Of a DNA stretch of 64,000 nucleotides, positions 56,613-64,000 are shown piece by piece. The stretch's first letter is position 1; every line of letters starts with the position of its first letter. The DNA is from a virus. The position numbers and the translations under genes were made by a program. The notes below the pieces were generated by a model that was given only the letters and a program-made list of their open reading frames with translations, had not been told where the DNA came from and did no database searches. The stretch spans positions 46,871 through 110,870 of the IMG/VR virus record IMGVR_UViG_3300031419_000010, one strand, 5' to 3'.

Positions 56613-57290
56613 ATGAAAATTCTAGTCAGCTTGTCGAAAGCGGTTTCGGCTTTCACTCCAAAAGATCAAGCAGCCTTCGACAAGTGGTTTGGAAAATCAG
56701 TTGTCAAAGATCCGCAGGGAAATCCTCTCACTGTATTTCACGGTACTCCGGGAGATTTCAACACGTTTGATCGTAAGCGCTTAGGCTTAGGCAACGACGA
56801 ATATGGCATTGGATTTTATTTCACTGACAGCGCAGAGTTTGCCCGTGCTTATATGGGCGACAGCGGAAGCACAATGCCTGTGTATCTTAAAATTCAAAAG
56901 CCGATTATTTTTGAGAAGCAGCCACGCCTTACATACACGCAGGCTTTCAAAATTGCGAATGGTTTAACGCGCCCTCACTTTAATCGCTTTCTTGCTGAAA
57001 ACTATGATTTGGATTATCAAGGTCTGGCAAGTGCGAAGCGTGAGTATCTGGAAAACTTTGTTGGCATGGATGTTATCGACGCAGGTAACAATCTGTTCCA
57101 AGATCTTTATAAAGACGAACCCGAAGCATATCGCTTCCCGGAAGTCTTTGCAGCCGCAACAGGAAGAGACGGCATAATTGCAAAACGTGGTCAACACTTT
57201 TTCTACATCGTGTTTAGTCCGACGCAAATCAAATCTGCAATCGGAAACAAGGGAACGTTTAAACCACGTACCGAAAACATTCTGGAGTAA
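56613..57290 (+). CDS. ADP-ribosyltransferase-like protein (ART-PolyVal type) with MKILVSLS leader
   Basis: FDKWFGKS...PLTVFHGT, GFYFT, MPVYL, DGII, VFSPTQIKSA..NKGTF. Confidence 0.7.
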   Translation: MKILVSLSKAVSAFTPKDQAAFDKWFGKSVVKDPQGNPLTVFHGTPGDFNTFDRKRLGLGNDEYGIGFYFTDSAEFARAYMGDSGSTMPVYLKIQKPIIFEKQPRLTYTQAFKIANGLTRPHFNRFLAENYDLDYQGLASAKREYLENFVGMDVIDAGNNLFQDLYKDEPEAYRFPEVFAAATGRDGIIAKRGQHFFYIVFSPTQIKSAIGNKGTFKPRTENILE

Positions 57291-57292
57291 CT

Positions 57293-57727
57293 ATGCAAGT
57301 TCTCATTAGTCTTAGCAAAATGAAAAGTCCACTTGAAGATCAAAAAGTGATTCTTGAAAATGCAAAGGACAACGTGACGAAGGCGCAGCGTAGTGAAAAG
57401 TTGGCGCGTAAAAAATTGCAGGACGCCACTGAGGAACAACGCAACGTTGATGGTGCTCGAAAGGAAGTAAACATTCGCAGTGCCATTCGCCGCCGCGCCA
57501 GTGACGTTGAACGCGCCCAACAACAAAAGGTCGGAAGGGCCGGAGTAGTTGATCGTTTGATCGCAGAGTTGGAACGTCTGGACAAGTCAAAAGATACTGA
57601 CCAGAACAGAAAAGCCAACGAAGAACGACGCACAAGTTTGAGAAAACAAATTTCAGACGCACGAACAGCGATGAAGAAAATCAAACTTCCTAAGTCTACT
57701 GTTAAACGCAAGAAACGCCGCCGCTAG
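57293..57727 (+). CDS. basic coiled-coil protein with MQVLISLS leader
   Basis: GGAG SD; Arg/Lys-rich. Confidence 0.7.
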   Translation: MQVLISLSKMKSPLEDQKVILENAKDNVTKAQRSEKLARKKLQDATEEQRNVDGARKEVNIRSAIRRRASDVERAQQQKVGRAGVVDRLIAELERLDKSKDTDQNRKANEERRTSLRKQISDARTAMKKIKLPKSTVKRKKRRR

Positions 57728-57735
57728 GGAAACTT

Positions 57736-58005
57736 ATGAAAAGGTTTGTTTCGCTTTCAAATTCAATGTATCACAATCACGATTACATTGAACTGGTTCA
57801 GCTTGATAATCAAATCAAGGAAGAAGAACGAAGCCAAACAGAATGGACGCCGGGAATGATTTTCGCATCGGAAGACGCTCTGAAATATCCTCGACGTTTG
57901 CGCGATCTGTTAAAGCGTCATTTGGGTCTGGAGAATGTGACCGGGCCGTTTTTCAGCGACTGCTACTTTGACAACAAAGTTAAAATCACGGAACTTCCGA
58001 AATAA
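57736..58005 (+). CDS. hypothetical protein with MKRFVSLS leader
   Basis: Followed by a terminator. Confidence 0.7.
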   Translation: MKRFVSLSNSMYHNHDYIELVQLDNQIKEEERSQTEWTPGMIFASEDALKYPRRLRDLLKRHLGLENVTGPFFSDCYFDNKVKITELPK

Positions 58006-58008
58006 ATA

Positions 58009-58032
58009 AGGGCGGCGCTTGCTGCCCTTTTT
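58009..58032 (+). terminator. intrinsic terminator
   Basis: GGGCGGC-GCTT-GCTGCCC followed by T5. Confidence 0.8.
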
Positions 58033-58077
58033 CACGTCTAAATCTGTAAAATGCTGATATAGGTTTAATATTTAACG

Positions 58078-58281
58078 TTGGAATTTGTTATGCTGAATCC
58101 ATGCCCGTGCTTCAAAATTTATCGCTATGTTCAAGACATGAATCCGTACACGCATGAGCCGGAACTTGAGCGCGAAATTGTGAAGGAAGTTTTTGCCGAA
58201 CCAGAAAAAGAAATCAAAAAGCTGGAAGCAAAATACCCTAACGACGAACTTTGGTTTGAACCTGATCAGGTCTGGATGTAA
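58078..58281 (+). CDS. small hypothetical protein
   Basis: Follows CTGTAAA; likely start MLNP at 58090. Confidence 0.6.
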   Translation: MEFVMLNPCPCFKIYRYVQDMNPYTHEPELEREIVKEVFAEPEKEIKKLEAKYPNDELWFEPDQVWM

Positions 58282-58283
58282 CT

Positions 58284-60584
58284 ATGCCCGGTATTTCGTT
58301 AAAGTCTATCTCGTTAAAAAATGTCGTGGTGTATAAAGAGTTAGAACTGAACGATCTGGATAAGCAAGGTTTTGTAACCGTGTCCGGATATAACCACGAC
58401 AGCCCAAACGTTCGCAACAATAAAAACGGTGTGGGTAAAAGTTTGATGTTTGGCACACTGCCTAATCTTTTCTACGAAGCCGATCCGCTGGCACTGACCA
58501 AACGCAGCAAAACAAACATGCTGAAAAAGGAAAGTTCGATTGTGCTGGAGTGGCAGTCGCCTCTCGGTGCGTTGATTCGTATTGAACAGACAGCCAGTAA
58601 ATATAAAGTTTTCATGAATGGCGAAGACCAGAAGGTTGAGCGTCAGGACGTTGCAAAGACGTGGATCAAAAAACACTTTCCACTTTCGCAGGATGAATTT
58701 TATAGCTACTGCTACATTCAAACTCAGATTCCTCATCCGTTCCAGCGCAGCAAACCTTCTGAGCGTTTGAAATATCTGACCGATTTGTTTGGCCTTGACG
58801 TTTATGATCGCATTCGTGCAGCAACCAAAATCAAACTGGATGCAGCCAAAGACGCAGAGAAAGAAAGCAAAGGCATTGCCGACATTTACGATGTTACTTC
58901 GCGCAAGCAGGACAGTTTAAAAGTCACTGACAAGACGCGCAAGAAAGCACGTAAGCTCGAAAAGAAAAGTGACGCGCTCAAAGAAGAACGCAACGAACTT
59001 TATGATCGCTTTGCACAGCTCACTGCTGAACGCAAAGACGTTAAGCGTTACTATGAAATCATGGAAAAGATTTCGGCACTGAAAACGGTAAGCGATAACC
59101 CTAAAAAGGAAGTAAAGAAACTTCGCAAGCTGTTGCGCGATCTGGAAGATTTCGAAGAGTACGAAGACGAACTTTCCAAGTACAAGAAACGCCGTGCAGA
59201 TCTTAAAGAGAAGATCGCAGAGTTGCCTGAGTCAGAAGCCGATCCAAAAGCACTTTCCAAAAAGCACTCCAAGCTGGTAGGGCGCGAGGAAGAAATTGAG
59301 GATCTGCTTGAATCGCTGGACGAAGAACTGGAAGCGTACGCAGATTGGAAAGCTGCTGTTAAGAAACTCACCAAAGAGTTGAGCAAACTCAAGAAGCCTA
59401 AGAAAACTTCTGACGAACTGGAAGAGGAACTTAACGAAGCAACTAGCGTCGTTCGTGCTTACGAAAAACTTTCTCACAAAGTTGACGGCAAAACTTGTCC
59501 TACGTGTGGACAGGATGTTGACCTGAAAAGTTTGAAACGCGCAGCAACCAAAGCACAGGACGAGATCGATTCTATCCGTGCGCAGCAAAAGTATTTCCGC
59601 GTTAAGAAAGATTTGAAAGAACTGGAAGGTGACGCACCGAAGAAACCAAAGCACGATAAAGAATCTCTGCAAAAGGAACTGAGTAAAATCAGTAACCAGA
59701 TTGAATCACTCGAAGATGAGTTTGAGACAATCAAAAAGCGTGACTCTCTCGTTGCCAAACTTGATGCGTTAGAAAAGCCTGAACAGGTTCATCGTCCTAA
59801 GATGCCGACTAAAGATATGGACGGCAGAATTGAGAAACTGGAAAAGCTGAATGACTATAACCAAAGTCTGAAAGCATTCACTGCGCCAAGCAAATCGGCA
59901 AAAGAAATTGATGAAGAGTATTTCTCGGTCGATAAAAAGATCAAAGCACTCACATCTGAGATTGCCGATATTGAACGTGAAGCGCAGGCTGCTATTTCCA
60001 AAGTTCAGGAGTACGATCACTACGAAGGAACGTTAGTTGATCTGCGTACCAAACTTTCTAAGCTGCAACCGCTGATTGATAAGCGTGTGCTTTACGAAAC
60101 TCTTTATAAAGCGTACAGCGGCACTGAATTAAAACTTCGTGCGATGGAAGGTCGTTTGCAATTGATTCAAGACAAGCTGAATGAGAACAGCCATTTGGTT
60201 TATCCGGAACAAATGCACTTCAAACTTTTCACTTGTCCTCAAGGCGTTGGTGCGACGGTAACGCGAGTATCAAGCGATACCACAACCGACATAAGTATTA
60301 TGAGCGGCGCAGAAACTAACTGCTTCCGTTTGTTGTGGGCGATCAGTATTCTTCCGTTCGTACCAGAATCACGGCGCACAGACTTTATCGTTCTGGATGA
60401 GCCTGAATCAAACTGTAGTGATGCGGTGCGCGATCATTTGATCGAACACTTCCTGCCAATTTTGAAAAAGGTTGTGCCAAACGTTTATTGGGTTACTCCG
60501 TTGAGTGTCGAAAGTTTTAGTGACAAACAATGGACAGTAGAGAAAACCAAAGGCGTTTCAGTATTGACCAGAAAGGAAATGTAA
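58284..60584 (+). CDS. SbcC/Rad50/gp46-like SMC ATPase
   Basis: NGVGKS, Q-loop, coiled coil with CPTC hook, MSGAE, IVLDEPE. Confidence 0.9.
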   Translation: MPGISLKSISLKNVVVYKELELNDLDKQGFVTVSGYNHDSPNVRNNKNGVGKSLMFGTLPNLFYEADPLALTKRSKTNMLKKESSIVLEWQSPLGALIRIEQTASKYKVFMNGEDQKVERQDVAKTWIKKHFPLSQDEFYSYCYIQTQIPHPFQRSKPSERLKYLTDLFGLDVYDRIRAATKIKLDAAKDAEKESKGIADIYDVTSRKQDSLKVTDKTRKKARKLEKKSDALKEERNELYDRFAQLTAERKDVKRYYEIMEKISALKTVSDNPKKEVKKLRKLLRDLEDFEEYEDELSKYKKRRADLKEKIAELPESEADPKALSKKHSKLVGREEEIEDLLESLDEELEAYADWKAAVKKLTKELSKLKKPKKTSDELEEELNEATSVVRAYEKLSHKVDGKTCPTCGQDVDLKSLKRAATKAQDEIDSIRAQQKYFRVKKDLKELEGDAPKKPKHDKESLQKELSKISNQIESLEDEFETIKKRDSLVAKLDALEKPEQVHRPKMPTKDMDGRIEKLEKLNDYNQSLKAFTAPSKSAKEIDEEYFSVDKKIKALTSEIADIEREAQAAISKVQEYDHYEGTLVDLRTKLSKLQPLIDKRVLYETLYKAYSGTELKLRAMEGRLQLIQDKLNENSHLVYPEQMHFKLFTCPQGVGATVTRVSSDTTTDISIMSGAETNCFRLLWAISILPFVPESRRTDFIVLDEPESNCSDAVRDHLIEHFLPILKKVVPNVYWVTPLSVESFSDKQWTVEKTKGVSVLTRKEM

Positions 60585-60922
60585 TGGGTAATCTTCGAGT
60601 TCATAACGTAATCGACAGCCCGGAAATCTTTGTTGGTTATGAAGTTGTTCCAGATCCGACACTGACTGAAAGCCTGCATGAAACAATCACACGCAATTGG
60701 TTAGGCCGCATTGCTGATCGTCTTTTCGATCTACCTAAGCGCCGTATTCGTATTATTCCGTCTAAGGTGGTTTATCTGGCAGCCGGAAAAATCTTTGTGC
60801 ATCCGGATTATGTAGCGGCTGTTAATTCGGCACTGCAAGATGAGCATATAAGAAGGCGCACAGACTATTCGCACCTTAAACCTCAAACACCAATTGATAG
60901 CGTAACTCGCGGGAGAAAATAA
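60584..60922 (+). CDS. hypothetical protein
   Basis: TAATG coupling. Confidence 0.65.
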   Translation: MGNLRVHNVIDSPEIFVGYEVVPDPTLTESLHETITRNWLGRIADRLFDLPKRRIRIIPSKVVYLAAGKIFVHPDYVAAVNSALQDEHIRRRTDYSHLKPQTPIDSVTRGRK

Positions 60923-61636
60923 ATGCCTGTAGTTGCCGTAACTCAACAAAGTCCTGAGCAGGTGATGGGCTGGCTCAAGCAGCAAGATCCAAATGTGCGT
61001 GTAACGTTTTGTCCTCAAGGCGTTGCACTTGATCCCGATAAGAAATATCGTGAACACATTTTTATTGTTGGCACCAAAGAGTTTGATCGCAATGCCGTAA
61101 GCATTCGTCAAATGCCGCAGCATATCTTTTTCGTGTTTGGTCACAGTACGCTGTTGGCTAAATACGGATTGGAAGTCGATGCAAAAGTTGCAGACATTGA
61201 ACCTCAGCGATCAAAGCTGGTTCCGGTTGGTAGCTATCTGAAAGATTTAAAACAGAAAGCTATCGAAGGAAGTTTGTTCTACGATCTGATGACTTTCATT
61301 TATACGCTGCCAAGCAAAACTCACCAGAAGCCAATCACAGCCACAATTTGTAGATGGATTTATTTTGGATGCCAAACGGAAATCCGCGACGAACTGAAAG
61401 ACCTCAGCTTAAAAATGAGTAGCAGTAATATGGCTAAGCTAATGTCGATTCTGGAAAAGCCTGTTACTTATCGTCTGCGTGATGCGTTTATCGATCTCAA
61501 AGATGGCACCTGCACAACGATGGGCCAGGCGGTGATCAAACATCGTGTTCAGGTTTTCGAACTCGGATACATCAAAGGTAACGTTGAGAAAGTTGCGAAC
61601 GTTACCGATGAGTTAGTTTCAAATCAGGGGATCTGA
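60923..61636 (+). CDS. hypothetical protein
   Basis: Coupled ORF. Confidence 0.7.
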   Translation: MPVVAVTQQSPEQVMGWLKQQDPNVRVTFCPQGVALDPDKKYREHIFIVGTKEFDRNAVSIRQMPQHIFFVFGHSTLLAKYGLEVDAKVADIEPQRSKLVPVGSYLKDLKQKAIEGSLFYDLMTFIYTLPSKTHQKPITATICRWIYFGCQTEIRDELKDLSLKMSSSNMAKLMSILEKPVTYRLRDAFIDLKDGTCTTMGQAVIKHRVQVFELGYIKGNVEKVANVTDELVSNQGI

Positions 61637-61959
61637 TGACTCTTGATTTAGAGTTTATTCTTTTGGTGTCTGTTCTATTCACTGTTGTTAGTTGTGAGAT
61701 TTCAGATTATCGAAAGTGCCCAAGCCTTTCAGTTGCGCTGGTTCAAAGTTTCATTTTGTCTGCGATTTTAAATCTCGTGTTTGTTAGTGCAGATCAGCGT
61801 ATTTGTTTTTATGTGTGTTCGGCAATAATCTATATTGGCATGGGTTATCTGTATGTGAACATTCAGGACGCTATGACGAAACTTTTTAAAAAGTTTTACG
61901 TGCTTGATATTGGTATTTTTCAGGCCGCTACTGCAATGGCAATCTACAAATACGTTTAA
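61636..61959 (+). CDS. multi-TM membrane protein
   Basis: 3-4 hydrophobic segments; lies upstream of the lysin but is separated from it by a terminator. Confidence 0.6.
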   Translation: MTLDLEFILLVSVLFTVVSCEISDYRKCPSLSVALVQSFILSAILNLVFVSADQRICFYVCSAIIYIGMGYLYVNIQDAMTKLFKKFYVLDIGIFQAATAMAIYKYV

Positions 61960-61964
61960 TCAAA

Positions 61965-61990
61965 AGGGTGGCATTCGTGCTGCCCTTTTT
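61965..61990 (+). terminator. intrinsic terminator
   Basis: GGGTGGCA-TTCG-TGCTGCCC followed by T5. Confidence 0.8.
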
Positions 61991-62039
61991 CTATTCTGAT
62001 GCTAATTTTCTTCTATCTCAACAAGGGGGATAGATTAAA

Positions 62040-62615
62040 ATGGCAATGAAAGTAAACCTTGCTGAAAGAGCAATCGTAGAAGTTATGGAACGCGAAGGCG
62101 GTTCTAAATATACGAATCGTCCGACAGATCGCGGTGGCCCTACTCGTTGGGGAATCACTCAATCTGTTGCGCGTGACTTCGGCTACATGGGTGACATGCA
62201 AAACTTATCTCAAGAAACTGCGATTGAAATTTATCGCAAACGTTTCTGGGATTTCTGTAAGTGTGATGAACTGGCGAAATACAGCGAAGAACTTGCTGTG
62301 TGGGTTTTCGATTTTGCGGTGAACTCCGGGCCTGCTAACGCAATCGCTCCGCTGCAAGATCTTCTGAACGTGTTGAACAACCGCCAGAAACTTTATCCGG
62401 ACTTTGCACCTGCACCAAACATCGGGCCAAAAACTCTGAATGCTCTGGCTGCTTATAGCAAAGTGCGTGACGTTAAAATTCTGGCGCGTGTGTACAACGG
62501 TCTGCGTCTTGCATTCCTAAAAGACATTGCGAAACGCGATGAGTCGCAAGAAGATAACGTTTATGGCTGGTTCACTCGCGTCGTAAATATTACGGCTCTT
62601 GTCGGAGTGAAGTAA
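62040..62615 (+). CDS. glycoside hydrolase family 108 lysozyme (endolysin) with PG-binding domain
   Basis: EGG..YTNRPTDRGGPTRWGIT, FDFAVNSG, IGPKTL, GWFTR. Confidence 0.9.
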   Translation: MAMKVNLAERAIVEVMEREGGSKYTNRPTDRGGPTRWGITQSVARDFGYMGDMQNLSQETAIEIYRKRFWDFCKCDELAKYSEELAVWVFDFAVNSGPANAIAPLQDLLNVLNNRQKLYPDFAPAPNIGPKTLNALAAYSKVRDVKILARVYNGLRLAFLKDIAKRDESQEDNVYGWFTRVVNITALVGVK

Positions 62616-63044
62616 ATGAAAGTCGAGATCAGTATGCAGGAACAACGCTCTGTTTCCGCATCGAACAGCTACAAAGTAACGTCGCGTGGTATTCTGGTTA
62701 ATCCGATTGCCGCAACGATGTTCAAACATTTCGCTGACGCTCTGCGCACTGCCGCTAAAGCGCAACGCAACTTCTCTCGCAAAGAAGAAACAGCGAAAAA
62801 GAAATTCCGCAGTGCTCGTCCTGAAACGCCAGAACAGAAAGCTGTTTTGAAGCGTAAGAAAGATGCGCTGCAAACAGAACGCGAGAAAGTTAAGCAACTC
62901 GGAAACGCTATGACCGATGCTAAACAATCCGCAGGTATTCGCTGGACTGTTGGTTTGTCTGGCAGTACCGTTGTTGCAAAAATCAAAGGGCGCTCTGTGC
63001 CTTTCCGTGTTGTATCTCAGAAAGTTTTCGACGCTGCAAAATAA
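62616..63044 (+). CDS. basic protein (MKVEISM...SVSAS leader)
   Basis: Lys/Arg-rich. Confidence 0.7.
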   Translation: MKVEISMQEQRSVSASNSYKVTSRGILVNPIAATMFKHFADALRTAAKAQRNFSRKEETAKKKFRSARPETPEQKAVLKRKKDALQTEREKVKQLGNAMTDAKQSAGIRWTVGLSGSTVVAKIKGRSVPFRVVSQKVFDAAK

Positions 63045-63055
63045 AGGAAAAGTAA

Positions 63056-63856
63056 ATGAAAGTAGAAATCAATCTGGCGGCGTCTGACGTTGTTTCAGAA
63101 TCCGCAAAACTGCCTAACCACATTGTTCGTCGCGTTAAAGGCAAAGCCCCTCAAGTCTTTTTCCGCAAGAGCGAAAAAGAAGGTCTGACTGCTGCATTCA
63201 AAGCAGGCCGCACTGCGTACAAGGCTGCTGAGAAGCTGCATAAAGCCAACAAAAAACTGGACACCAATGTTGCTGCGCAGAAAACAAAACCTTCTGATGT
63301 GCGTAAAGCGAAAATCGCTTCTCTTCGCGCTGAGATCAAAACTCTGCGTAAGAGCGTAACTGATTCAATCAGTACCGCACGTAAACATCTGCGCAAGTTT
63401 GGCACCACTGTTAGCCTGCCGTTCACTAAAGAAGATCTGCTGAACGAAAGGAAGTTTAACAACACGCCGCCGATGCAGTCTGAACTGAAAGTTAAAGGCG
63501 TACGCGGTGACGTTAAGCCTGCACTGATTGCGGATGACAAGTGGGCTGAAACTGTTGGTAAAAAAGCTGCTGCTAAGCCTGCTGCTAAAACCGCTGCTAA
63601 AGTTGCGCCTGTTAAGAAAGGACAGAAGCCGGTTGTGAAGCTGCCAACTAAGCTGGATAAGAAACCTGCTAAGAAAAAGAAAGCGCAGACGATTGACGAA
63701 ATCGAAGATGAAATGGCGCGTGAAGCCTACATCCGTGCAGGCAAAAAGATTCCTAAGCGTTTGCAGGAAGGCGCAGCGAAACCAAAAGGCAAACTGGTTC
63801 CGGCATTTGCACCAAAGCAAAAGGTCGCTGCTAAAAAGACTGCCAAAAAGAAATAA
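63056..63856 (+). CDS. histone-H1-like Lys/Ala-rich protein (MKVEINL...VSESA leader)
   Basis: KKAAAKPAAKTAAK repeats. Confidence 0.75.
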   Translation: MKVEINLAASDVVSESAKLPNHIVRRVKGKAPQVFFRKSEKEGLTAAFKAGRTAYKAAEKLHKANKKLDTNVAAQKTKPSDVRKAKIASLRAEIKTLRKSVTDSISTARKHLRKFGTTVSLPFTKEDLLNERKFNNTPPMQSELKVKGVRGDVKPALIADDKWAETVGKKAAAKPAAKTAAKVAPVKKGQKPVVKLPTKLDKKPAKKKKAQTIDEIEDEMAREAYIRAGKKIPKRLQEGAAKPKGKLVPAFAPKQKVAAKKTAKKK

Positions 63857-63872
63857 AACTTAGGGGCATACG

Positions 63873-64000
63873 ATGAAGACATTTGTTTCAGTATCTGCTG
63901 CATTGTCTGATCGCGCCCTGCAAGAAGTTTTAATTCGTGGAAAAACTGATGTGCGTGTTGTGGCTAGTCGCAAGATGAATAACAACACGTATCTGTTTGC
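63873..64000 (+). CDS. partial CDS with MKTFVSVS leader
   Basis: ATG at 63873; frame open to the window end. Confidence 0.65.
   Translation, partial: MKTFVSVSAALSDRALQEVLIRGKTDVRVVASRKMNNNTYLF

Noticed and set aside
61636-61959. Holin call
   Set aside because: A terminator and a separate promoter motif separate it from the lysin; only hydrophobicity supports it.

Overview
This is a 64-kb segment of a large lytic (jumbo-type) myovirus-like phage genome, probably infecting an enterobacterium. From recall, the gene content resembles the Dickeya JA11/AD1 and Erwinia Y3/Yoloswag group; this was not verified by a search. Bases 1-31 kb are a dense minus-strand accessory region containing UvsE, TraR/DksA, a radical SAM protein, Tpt1/KptA, a GNAT protein, two DNA methyltransferases and many small paralogous ORFs. 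Bases 31-46.4 kb (minus strand except the primase) carry RecA, an SSB, a sigma-70-like factor, an Acb1-like 2H phosphoesterase, a SWIM protein, a Cas4-like nuclease, an Ig-repeat protein and RuvC. From 46.6 kb all genes are on the plus strand: a minimal PolA-fold protein, a RuvC-less TnpB-like protein, a HAD nucleotidase, DnaX, an ART-like protein, SbcC, a GH108 lysin and basic proteins. Highlights: (i) an origin-like non-coding region with an IHF box and repeats, followed by the PolA-like and TnpB-derived genes; (ii) a shared N-terminal M-[KQ]-x-hydrophobic-[VIF]-S-[LV]-S leader on otherwise unrelated proteins; (iii) a ~280-nt structured ncRNA candidate; (iv) a perfect 14-nt complement of the 16S rRNA 3' end with no start codon behind it; (v) three promoter-like motif classes. 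No tRNA, rRNA or CRISPR array was seen. All product calls come from reading motifs by eye.
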